IMG/VR virus record: IMGVR_UViG_3300021255_005860
Coordinates: 1 to 64,000 of that record
Direction: 5' to 3' (one strand)
DNA: 64,000 nt
From: a virus
Lineage: Duplodnaviria > Caudoviricetes
Shown here: positions 36,919-49,000 of the stretch, piece after piece
How the letters are laid out: every line of letters starts with the position of its first letter
How positions within the stretch are numbered: position 1 is the first letter of the stretch
Notes under the pieces: generated by a model
Told to the model about the DNA's origin: nothing
The model's input: the letters and a program-made list of their open reading frames with translations, nothing else
Databases searched by the model: none
Program-made: the position numbers and the translations under genes

Positions 36919-37210
36919 CACTATTGTTATCGTAGAAGCTTTTTATCCTCTACTTCTACATATTGCTATGTAGGTCGGCGTACGTTTTAGGAATTTTGAA
37001 TAACTCCTTTGCGGCCTCTTGGTAGGATTATATTCTCAATACTTCGAATATTCTAGGATATTCTCAATATGAGGTTCACCTACTACGCTCTGCCCCTGAC
37101 TGAAATATTACTTACAGCCTTCGGTTCACGTTGGGTATTTAACCGTTCGTGCTTAATTCCGCAATTTATCGATGGCCATGTATATTTAACTTATTGATTT
37201 ATATGGAAAA
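36919..37210 (-). mobile_element. group I intron (292 nt, no endonuclease ORF)
   Basis: The 5' exon ends CGAUGGU and pairs with IGS GCCAUCG (plus 37170-37176) with U-G at the splice site; P7-like G(A)GCGUA/UACGCC; terminal G; splicing restores the frame and the DxDGD motif. Confidence 0.88.
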
Positions 37211-39079
37211 ACCATCGTGATCGCCATCATACTTGTCTAGATGCGCAGGATGTACAGACATAGAGTCTTTAACCTTTTCACCTATAATTGGATACTCAGG
37301 ACAAATTACATCCACATCTTCATTGGATTGAAGCGATCTTATTCTTACTTTACGTGCATTAGTAGTTGATACTATATGCAACTTATCAGGTACGATATTC
37401 TCAAGTAACAAAATAGGGTATCTAGTAAATACACCGTGCTTATTATAAAGTCCTCTGAAGGCTGCCATGTAGAACATCTCAGTCCAAGTAAGTGGTCGTA
37501 TTCTTCTAGTATCAAGATAAATAGATTTCAAGAACTTGATCTTATCTTTATCTTTAAGTCTCTTGGATGCGATGTACTGTTGTAGCAATCTTTCAGGCGC
37601 GAGTACCCAATACCCATCTACATTGATGCACATGCTCTTATAAGCTTCAGGAGTGTTAGCTTTAGGATCGAACTCTTTCCACCAAGCATCATCGCCTATC
37701 CTAACTCCTTCTATTTGAGCACCGATAGGTCGTATTGACATAACTGTTAACTCTTCAGGTTCAACTTGATAGCCTAGCATATAAAGAGCAGTAGATCCGA
37801 TGATAGCTACATTATCCTTGATATCATCTAAGAGTTGCAAGGTTTTAAGAGCATGAGTTCCTAGGTTTAACTTATGTGAATAGTATTCTCTGAAGATATT
37901 TACATCTCTAAAGAAGTATACTTCATCATCGTTATCGTACACTAGATATAAGTAGTAGTCTTGTAACTGTCCTTCGTTATTAGTTGCCTTACACGTTACT
38001 GGTTCAAAATGTATTTCAGGGTTACGATAGTTAGTCATGAGATCGTTAATACCCTCAGAGGTAGTAAATCTCATCATCTCTTTATAACTAACCTTAGCGT
38101 AAGTTAAACTGTTAGCTCTCTGCGGATCTATCAAAGGGACATTCTCAGATCCTTGGGCAAAGATCTGTTCAAAGAAGATACTCTTTAACTGATTGACCAT
38201 CAACGGCATAGCAGATTTCATAGCCTGAAATAATGGCACGAATGCCTCATGCGGATTGAACGCATGAGGATCGGACTTAGATGAAGTAACTCTTGTCATA
38301 GGAGCCGCAGTGATAACGTTACGTGATCCATACACAATACCACGAGCTGCAAATCTGTGCTGAGCAAAACCACCTTTACCGTCTACGAGATTACCTATGT
38401 AGTTGTAGATCTCCTGTACCTTCATCTGGATCTGATATTTGATCGTATCGAAGATCGGGTTAGTAGTAGGAGTATCAGGTAGAGCTGATGTAAGTGATAG
38501 TAACGACGTATAGTACTTGTTGATATCCTCTTTGGAGATCTTACCAGATGCCGATGCTTTAACATCTCTAACACCTGCTGGAAGTACTATAAGTTTAGTA
38601 GTTATAAGTACGTTTTTGTACTTATTTAATAATGCTATCTTATCCCTACGAGTTTTACTCTCAGTCTCAGGAAACTTTAATGTTGGCAATATATCTAAGA
38701 ACCACTGATACCCAGTATGACCTTCAGGGTCATCTTGGGTAGTTAATTCTAAATCACCGTTAGCTGCTATCTTAGCGTAAGCTTTACCTGCGATAACTTC
38801 TTTATAAAAACTCTTAAGTGAGATAACCTGCTTATACAGATGAGGAGTTATGATCTTAGTTTTAAGATCTATATAACCTCTACGTATAAGTCTTTCTTTT
38901 GATCCTACCTGACCGAAGATAACCTCAGAGTATAACCCATCTGGATGAAATCTTCTAGTTGACGATTCAAACATCGCCATGTTGGTTACAGGTAGACACC
39001 CTTTTAATTTAATATACTCTTCAGCATCTAAAATCTGGATATTAAACGGAGGGAGTTTTTTGAGTAGAATAGGTTCCAT
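37211..39079 (-). CDS. virion RNAP beta'-like subunit (phiKZ gp180-like), exon 1
   Basis: FHPDGLYSEVIFG, VLPAGVRD, GKGGF, GSRNVIT, TRYP; ends HPAHLDKYDGDHDG. Confidence 0.9.
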
Positions 39080-39165
39080 AAAGGACACTCCTACGACCAT
39101 AACTTATATTGAGTTAAAACCCATCTTATGACTTAAACAAAGGTCAATTGAGGATATTTACATCT

Positions 39166-39999
39166 ATGGTTAGTACCGCATCTTTAGCCCATCCTAAGAG
39201 GGTTCAAATACTCAATCGAGTAAATGAAGCTATCATGGGGAGAGACTACAAAGAAGTTCGAGGCATCTATATCGATTTTGCCTTATTAAAAGATATAAGG
39301 TTAGGACTTATGCTGGCCATAAGTTCGCCTGAAGATAGAGAATATATCATCTCTCATGTCAAAGAATATAACGACAGACTAGATAGGAAATTTAAAACTT
39401 GTTTTCCTAAGATCAAGTATACTGAAGATGCTTTAAATGCGATGCTCAAAGATGAAAAGTTCAGTGATTTTGCTTTAGACTTTGCACCTGATACTGAACT
39501 TAGTTACCTATTGCAAGAATACCTAGGTAATATCTTAGAGCGTAACCATAAATCTAAATATTTTTTGAAAGTTCCTATAACCATCAACATTTATCCTCTA
39601 CACGATACACCTTTGGTTAGACAATGTCAAGAAGCTATCAAAGCTGCCACTGATTCTAAAGACTTCTTAGTAAGTTTTATAAGAGAAGAGCCGGTGTCTA
39701 TTAAAACAGAATACTGGGGAATGTATGATGTTCTCTTCATAGACAACATAGAACCTTTATGTGCTGAAGGTACACCTTGGGAGGTTCCTATGAAAGAGGC
39801 TCAGTGGCTTACCAAAAATATCTTCGCACCACCTGTTATAAGTGATGCTAGCAAGAAAAAGTGGGATGAAGAGAAACTCAAGATGACCGAGCGTGGAGCT
39901 TTGGATATATCTTTAGAGACAACCGCTCAGATGTTAGAGTTTTGTTGTAGGTTTCAATTCGTCACTTTTAATATCCCTATTCCTAATGAAGGTGAATAG
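39166..39999 (+). CDS. hypothetical protein
   Basis: About 277 aa ORF directly upstream of the tape-measure gene. Confidence 0.75.
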   Translation: MVSTASLAHPKRVQILNRVNEAIMGRDYKEVRGIYIDFALLKDIRLGLMLAISSPEDREYIISHVKEYNDRLDRKFKTCFPKIKYTEDALNAMLKDEKFSDFALDFAPDTELSYLLQEYLGNILERNHKSKYFLKVPITINIYPLHDTPLVRQCQEAIKAATDSKDFLVSFIREEPVSIKTEYWGMYDVLFIDNIEPLCAEGTPWEVPMKEAQWLTKNIFAPPVISDASKKKWDEEKLKMTERGALDISLETTAQMLEFCCRFQFVTFNIPIPNEGE

Positions 40000-40001
40000 C
40001 T

Positions 40002-43000
40002 ATGGCTACAATAGATCGCAACGATCCTTCCAATAAGAGAAGTAATGAGTTCAAGAACAAACTCAACCCTCAAAATCTAGATAATCGCACCAGTCATTAC
40101 TCAGATTTTAACTTTGACTTCGAAGGATTTGATGACGACAAAGATAGATCTCCTGACAGTGGTAAGAAAGACAAATTCAAGATCAACTGGAATGCACTAG
40201 GAAGACAAAGTGGCTCTGCTGCTGCACATGGTATCGCAGCTGCACTAGCCAACGCTCTGCCTAAGAGTGCTGAATTTGTCCAAAAGGCTTCTGATCTTGG
40301 TACTGACATAGGTTCGATGAAAGATGAAGTTATGTCTAATATCGATCCGATGCTTGCTCAGGCTAAGATCATCAGTAACCGTATTCTGCCTCGTGTAGAG
40401 AAAGTCCTACCTAAGAATCTCTACGATAAACTTTCAAAATCCCTAGCTTCTGATGTAGGTACGGGTAGTGGCTATCAAGTTCCTAGTAAAGATGCTCAAA
40501 GACTTTCACATACTCAAGATACGTTAAATGCCATCTTCAAATCTGAGATGGCGATGCGTATGGACGAGAAGCGTCAGGAAGCAGTCAACCGCATCGTAGA
40601 TACTAAAGTTGATAACATAAGACATGGACAGTTACTCCAAGAGTTAGATGGTATCAGACGTCAAAGTTTCTTCCAGACTAACTTCCTGCGTAGTACCTAC
40701 ATGGCTTACTTGCAGAAAGACCTGCAGTTAAAATACCAGATGCTGTATACTCAGCAAGATATCTTGACTGCTAACAAGTTAGGTTATCAGACTATCGGTA
40801 TCGCTCTGGAGAAGATCCGTCACAATACTGGCTTACCTGACTTTGTTAAGAAGAGAGGATTGGAAGCTGCCAAAGAGGCTATCTATCAAAAAGTACTAGG
40901 TAGTGCTAGCGAGAAACTTACAGGTTACGGTGGTAAGATCTTACAGAACATCAAGTCGAAGTATATCGACATGCCATTATCTTTACTCTCTATGGGTTTA
41001 GGTATGGCCGATATGTCTACTTCCATGATGGCAATGGAGAACCTATCACCTGCTGAAAGATTAACTAATCTCCTAGCATCTTTAACTGGTAAATATGTAG
41101 GTGGTAAACTTGGTAAGGGATTATCTGACACTCTTACTAAGGAGCAGCGAGAGCAAATAGAATCCTTTGCTGGTAATGCTCCTACCATGATTCCATTGCT
41201 CTTAGATCAGATCAAACGTACAGGTAAGATACCTGCTGAGTTATTACCTCTTTTAGGAGGAGCTGATGGTAATGGTAACATTTTAGGTTATCTTGCTAAA
41301 TTTGCGGCAAGTAATGCTGAACCATTAGATTTTAAAGCTAAGGTACGCGATAGAAATAAATTAGATCCTGATGCTGAAGGTACTATCACTAACCACTTTA
41401 CTCAAGCAGTTGAAAGTATCATCCCAGGCTACCTGAGAATGCAAACTCGCTATCTTGAAGCTATTGCTTATGGAGTACATCCAGATAAAGTAGAAGAGAG
41501 AACTTGGAATCCTTCTAAGGGTCAATTTGATACTATCTCAGGTGTTAAACGTAGTCTTAGAGATCAGCTCTATAGCTCTACTAGTGCTACTAATACACTA
41601 GCTAAATCTGCATCTGCTCTTATGACAGCTGATATGGATGCAGCAGATAAGTCTAAGCTTACTGCTAACTTATCTCGTCAGATAACTGATGAAAATGGTA
41701 ACATAGATTATCAGAAGACTTTTGATACTTCTTTATTATCTGTTGCCAAGGTGATGCGGAATATCGCCAATAACCCATCTTACACTAATGTTACCTTCGG
41801 TTCAGACCAGATGCTCTGGCTACAAGATTACATCGATGGTAATGGTAGGTTATCTGAGTTCTCCGATAGTAAAGAAGCAACTAAATGGGCTGATGATTTA
41901 TTTGGCTCTTTAGATAACACTGAAAGGTTAGATGCTGCTAAATTACTTGCTAATATCTTAGGTAATGAGCAAGTCTCATCTGGTGTTCGCCGTAGAATGC
42001 AAGATGATATCGTCTCACAGATCAATAATCTCAATCGTAATCAGCAAGCTACTGATAAGTTTGTAAGATCATCTGGATTACTTGAAATAGGTGCTGCTGA
42101 TGATCTCTTTGAGACTACTGGTACTGGACGTTATACCGGACCTAATAAAGAATATGTTAACCTCTCATCTAAACTCAGAGGTGAGGCTCAAGGTAACATA
42201 GATTTTGATACTTGGAAAAAAGGTGTACGTCAAGGCGATTTCTCAAAAGACTATAAGTACGATGAACAAGGTAACTTAGTTAAGTTAACCGATGAAGAAA
42301 TCAAAGAGCGTGACCGTAAGAAAGAACTTGCCAAGAGAGTTGAAAACTCTTCTATCTTCAAGAGAGTTACTGCTCCATTTAAAACCATTGACAAAGGAAT
42401 AGATAAGGTAATTGAAGGCTTACTTAGAACTTCTAAACTCGCAGATCTTAATCGTTACTTAGCCTCCAATGGTGTCAAACTTGCAGGCATGGAATCTTCT
42501 ACCAAAGAAGAACTTGTCAAAAGAGTTTGGCAATGGTTTAAGAGTAAATCTTATTTTGAATACTCAAGTGAGAATCTCTTACGTAAACTCATCTTTGAAG
42601 ATGATGGTAATAAACCTATCGTAAGAGAAGATATACCAGCTGAAGAGATAGTTAATATCTTAGCTCGTTTCCCATTTGTATTTAAAACTTTAAAACTTAT
42701 CCATGAAGCTAAGATAAACGATAAGGAAATATGTTACCTTGTTAACATGATTCTGCCTGATAGGTTGAAAATTGCAGCTGAACTGACTCAGAATGATATC
42801 GATACTATCTGCAGAGCACAAGATCCTATCAAAGCTTTTGAGAATTATCTTAACAGCACTAAACCTAAAGAGACTGCTAGAGCTACTGAAGCTTCATTTG
42901 TAGATAGTGATGTAGCTGCAGGTAAGGACGATAGTGTACTAGTAACTCCTAATAGCATCAATGCTCTCAAAGATAAGATTGCAGCTGCCAATGCTCAGAG

Positions 43001-46000
43001 TGAAACTGAAACTACTAGAACTGATGCAGCATCTCATCCTAAAGTATCAGGAGCTACTCAAGCTGAGAGTGGTAGTATCAAAGATGAGCACGCTGATGCT
43101 TCTCGTAGAGCTACTCCTCCTCCTTTTGGTGGTACTGGTACTTCACTAAACTTAGGATCTACCAATAAACTTCTGCAAATGCAAGTTGACATCCAAAATA
43201 AGATCTTAGATATCTTAGAGTCTAAAGGCGTGCCAACTTATTCAGCTGAAGAGGCCGCTCAGATAGATGAAGAAGCTACTCCTTCTGATATCAACAGTAA
43301 AGGTAGATTTGGTGCTAAACTTAAGAACCTAAGTCGTACTATCAGAGATAGAATCAAGAACTCCAATTTTGCAAAAGGAATTGGTGGCTTAGGCAAATTT
43401 GGTTTTGGTGCTATTAAAGGCAGTGCTGGTTTATTAAGTAAACTTGGTACCTTTGGTACTAGAGTAGGTGGTGCAGGTTTAGATGCCTTAGGTAGCCTAG
43501 CCTCTATGGGTGCTGCAGGATTACGTGGTTTAGCACCACTGGCAGGATCTCTTGCAGAAGGCGCTGGTAAACTTGGTGCTGTGGGCATGAGAGCTGCTAG
43601 TGCAGCTGTTACATCTTTATTTGGGCCAGCAGGCTTACTCTTAACAGGTGGTGCCAAACTACTAGGTAAGGGTGTAGGTGTATTATTTGGAACCGATCAG
43701 AACCCTTACATCGATGTCTTCGTTAAGGATGTAGAAGGTAATTTCGATCCTAAAACCCCTAGAATAAAGGGTATCAAGATCAAAGAAGGTGTTGATGACG
43801 AAGAGAAGGCAGAGTACTTCACAACCGACGGCAAGATACTAAAATCAGCTTATGACATCAAAGGTGCTATCTACTCTCGTGATGGTAAAACTTGTTTTAT
43901 AAGTGAAGATGAAGTTGCTCGTATCTGTGATGCTAGCGGTAAGAAACTTATAAAAGGTGGTCTTTTAGGCAGAATAGTAGGAGCTGGTGCCGGATTAGTC
44001 GGTGGACTTATCAAAGGCGTGCTCGGTGGTGCTAAAGGATTACTAGGTTTTACTGGTAGACTTCTCTCAGGTGGTTTTGATCTCACTAAAGGTATCTTTA
44101 AATTACCAGCTCGTGCCTTAGGTGGTGTTACCAAATTATTTGGTACTATCTTCGGTGGTGCCTTTAAATTTGCAGGTATCGCAGGACGAGAGGATCTTCA
44201 ATCTATCGTAGGTGATAAGTTAGAAGATTTATACATCATGCTGCACGATGGTACTTACTCAGCTCCATCAGCCAAAGGTGTTGCAGGTGATACTGACGGC
44301 GATGGTACCCGTGAAGGTTCTTATGAAGAGTTCAAGAAGAAACGTGATGCTCGTGACGCTGCTCGTAAGGCTCAAAGAGAAGCTGATGCTAAAGAGAAAG
44401 CTAAAGGTACTAAATCTGATAAAGCAGGTGGTGGAGGATTCCTCTCTAAACTTCTAGGTCTTTTTGGTAAGAAAGATGAAGACGACGAGGAAGGAGGAGG
44501 ATTCTTCTCTAACTTACTTGGCACTGCCTTAGGTAGTAAACTAGGTGGCCTTGGTACTAAATTAGGTGGTGGTATCCGTGCACTAGGTGGTCTCTTAGGA
44601 AGAGGAGGCGCTGCCCTAGGTGCTGCTGCTAAAACTGGATTAGGTGCATTAGCATCAGGCTTTACTTCAACTGGTGTAGGTTCTGCTATAGCCTCAGGAT
44701 TGGGTACTGCTGGCGCTGCCATCATGGGTGGCTTAGGAACAGCCGGAACTGCTATCGCAGGTGGTCTTGGTACAGCAGGAACTGCGGTAGGTAGTGCGGC
44801 TCTCTCAGGTCTAGGTGCTATAGGTACCGGACTTGGTACTGCTGCTACCTTCTTAGTATCTAACCCAATAGGTTGGGCAATATCTGCAGGATTAGCACTC
44901 TACGGTGGGTATAAACTCATCTCCTGGATGATGGAGGATAGTGATACTGTTACTCGTTGGAAAGATTGTCGTTACTCATTATACGGAGCCGATCCTAACA
45001 ATGAAGATATGCGTGAAGCATTAGACGATCTTGAAGATGATGTTTTAGATATCCTCTTTGAAGGTGATGACGAGTTAGATGCTGAAGATTTAGAGAAGCA
45101 TGCTCGTGCCTTAGGTTTTATCAAGAAAGAAGGATTTGTATCCAAAGCTATGCGACTTGCAAGCTATGCCAACCCTCTAGGGTGGGCAGCTCGTGCTGGC
45201 AAAGCTTTAGGTGGTCTTTTTAGTGATAAGAAGAAAGAGTCTAAGAAATGGGATAATCCTAAGACCGAATCTGAATGGAGAATGAACTTCTTTAATACTT
45301 GGTATGCAACTCGCATGCGTACAGTATTCAAACTCTACTGTGATATCGTAAAGAAGTATACTCCACAAGAAGATCCTAACGAAAAACCAGATCCTGATGA
45401 TATCGATAGTACTTTTGAACCACAAGCCTTCTCCGAATTTGAGAGAATGGGTAAAGAGCTCATAAGTAAAGATGACATCTCAAAATTCGCTCCTACTGAA
45501 GAGGCCTACCAAGAGTGGCGTCAGCAGATGGAAGAAAAGCAGATGGCAGGTCAAGACCTCTCAGGTGAGTTAGGTGCTGGATCTGCAGCTTTAGCTGGTA
45601 TGGGAGTTAGCCTTGATACTGAAAAGGATCTTAATGGTAATGCTCTACCACAAAAATCACTTACTGATAAACTTATAGGCGCATCTAAATGGCTAGGTCC
45701 GGTAGGATGGATCGTCAATGGTTTATTTGGTAACGATGATACTAATGTTGATCTTCATTGGAAGTCACTACGCTATACCTCTTACGGTGCTGAATATGAA
45801 AAGCATAACCGTATCCTAGAGGATATGGAAGATGACTGTCGAGATTACTTCTTAGATGGTGACGATCTGCCTGATGATGACGATATCGCTGAATATGCTG
45901 AACAGTTTGGTCTTATAGCTCATACTGGATTATCTAGTGTATTCTCAGGTGGTCTTGCTATTAACTTAGCTCGTCGTAGTCGTGAGACTGATGAAGGACG

Positions 46001-49000
46001 TAATGGTAGATTAAGATACTTTAAACAATGGTTCCACGATCGCTTCTTGCCTATGTTCTCCTTATACTTAAAAGTAGCACAGCAAGCTTGTAAGTGTGAA
46101 CCTGATGAAGAACCAGATGTCAACGACATTCCAGCTATGTACCAAAAAGAATCATTAGAAGCTTATAAGAAAGCTATCGATGAAGCTTTAGGTCAAAAAC
46201 CTGAAATCAAAGATCTGTTGCCTACAGAAGAGGGTTACCTCAAATGGCAAAAGAAGAAAGATGAAGAGAAAGCTGCACGTCGTGGTGCTCCTACAGGAGC
46301 TGCTGCTGGTGTTTTAGCAGCCTCAGGTGCTCGTGATTATGGCATTCAAAGAGCTCATACTGTCGATACTATAAAGTCAACACTCAAATGGTTAGGACCT
46401 GTAGGCTGGCTTGCTAACGGTATCTTAAACATGTTCAACGATACTGAAAGAGAAGCTCGCTGGAAAGAGGTTAAAGATCTACTCTACGGAGTCGATATGA
46501 CTCAGTACGCTTCTACCTTAGAGGAGATCGAAGAAGATGTCTTTGACATGATCACAGACGGTGATACCATTGACGATAAAACTATCCTACGCTGGATGTT
46601 TGAATTTGGTATCTCAGAGGCCTTTGATGGTGGAACGGTAGGTAGCCTCTTTGAAGGTAACGATGCCAAGAAAGCTCGTGATAATGCTCTTGCATATGGA
46701 CGTGCTTGGTTACTTAAGAGATTTAAACCGATCTTCATGATCTACTGCAGAACCATTCAGCAGGCTTGCAAAGAAGAATACGATTGGTTCCCAGATGTAG
46801 AAGCTATACCTGAGATGATCCATGAAGAAGTCATCGAAGCTGTGGAAGATCAAGGTTTCAAATACTTAAACTCTCATCCTGAAGTTCAAAAACTCATCCC
46901 AACTCAGAAAGACTTTGAAGCTTGGGTCAAAGAGAAAGAGACTAAGAGCGAGGAGATGAAGAAACAGGGATTAAACCCTGATGGAACTAAAATCACAGAA
47001 GAGCAGAAAGCTAAAGAGGCTGAAGATGAAAGATGGAATAATCTTACCTTAGGTGAGAAAGCATCCGAAATCATGGCCAAGACTGCTGCTAAACTCAATC
47101 CTATCAATATCGCATCCTCAGTAGTAAGCTGGTTATTCGGCGAAGGTGCTGATGAGGAATGGCGTAAGATAAGATTCAACGGTTATGGACTTACTGATGA
47201 GGACATAGACGAATATGGTGATATAGTAGATGATCTTGAACAAGAAGTTCATGCTGTCATCTGTAAACGTCGTGGACCTATCTTTGATAAGGAATTAACC
47301 AACTGGGCTGAGAAGTTTGATCTTATTGATAGCGGCTTCTTAGGCTTTATAGGTGGCGATAGTGATGAGACTGCTGGTAAGAAGTTACAATACTTCCGTA
47401 AATGGTTTGAATTAAGATTCTTACCTATATTCCAGGCATTCTCTGATATCGTACATCAAGCCTCCCATGATCCTATTACTAGTTTCCCAACTCCTGATAA
47501 CATTGAAGAGACTAATAGAGCTGCTGCCTTAGAACAATTTAAGAAAGCTATAGCTTCTATCTGTACTGACGATGTTAAGAAGTTAAAACCATTAATCGAT
47601 GGCTTTGAGGCACTAGAGAAAGGGGTAGAGCTTGAACAAAATAAGGTTAAAGATGAACCTTCAACTAACCCTATTCAACAGCAAGCTCAACAGCTCAATG
47701 AGACTACTACTGAAGAAGAGGTAGCTGAAGAGCAACCTAAATCTGCTTTTGATATAGCAAAAGATACAGTTGTCAATGAAGCTAAAGATGAGATCCCACT
47801 TGATGAAGCCTTACGTACAGTTAAAGCTGAAGTCAACAAAGCTAAAGAGAAAGGGCTCTTTGGTGGACTTAAGAGTCTATTTGCCTGGATAACAGGTGAA
47901 AGTCAAACTGATAACAGACTACAAGATGCCTTCTACAAATACATAGGTATCGATCCTAAGACCTTCAGGCACTTTGGATCTTTGCGTGATTTGATGGATG
48001 ACTATCTTGAAGTACTAAAGGCAGAACGTGATCCATTATCAGATCAAGAGATAGAAGATTACTGTGCAAGATTCGATCTTATTAATAGAGGATTTTTGCA
48101 TATCTTCGGTATCTCTGGTACTGGTATGAACAATAAGATCTTACAAGATAGAAATGAATTTTTCCGTGCTTGGGTCTTATGTAGGTTCGCACCTGTTTAT
48201 GCTACTTATGTACATGTTATCAATGTCTACTCACCTAAAGGTGATAACGAAGAATTAACTGCAACTGAACCTACGGATGTTCCCGAGGATAAACTTGAGA
48301 ATGCTTTAAAGGCATTTGAAACTTTAGCCGCACAAGATCTTAAAGAAGCTCAATACGCAGATCAATTAGAACCTACTGAAGAAGGTTACCGTAAGTGGTA
48401 TGATATCATCCACAAAGGTGAGACTGATGAAGAGGTAGCAAAGCAGGACGATAAACCTTCAACTCCTGAGGAATTTGGTAAAATGTTTGCCAATACTCCT
48501 GAAGGTAAGAAGGCACTGCCAGGTGGTGGTCCTATAGCTGATCTTCTGCGCAGAATGGGTATACTCAAAGAAGAGAAAACTGCAACTCCAAAAGAAGAGG
48601 CTCAGAAGGAAGATGAGAGCTTTTTAACTAAGGTTAAGAACTTCTTCTCTAATCCTATTGATACTGTTAAGGATACCTTCACTAGTGGAGTTAATGCCTT
48701 GACTAGTCTATTCTCCTCAGATGACGAAAATGAGCAAGAAGGAGGATCTACGACCCCTAGCTCTTCGGGATCTGGTGGAGGATCTGGTGGAGGTGGAGCC
48801 ATAGCCCCTGTTAAGGTTCCTGATGGTGATATGCAGACTAATGCTAGAGCTATCTGGAAATTCTTATTAGACAGAGGACTTACACCTGAGGGTGCAGCTG
48901 GTCTGATGGGTAACCTGAGAGCTGAATCTACTCTACGTGCTAATATCGTTCAACGTGGCATGGGTCACACGGATGATGGCTTTACCCAATTATTAGATGA

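Noticed and set aside
37199-39100. Truncated or pseudogenised RNAP beta'
   Set aside because: Explained by a group I intron; the spliced frame is intact
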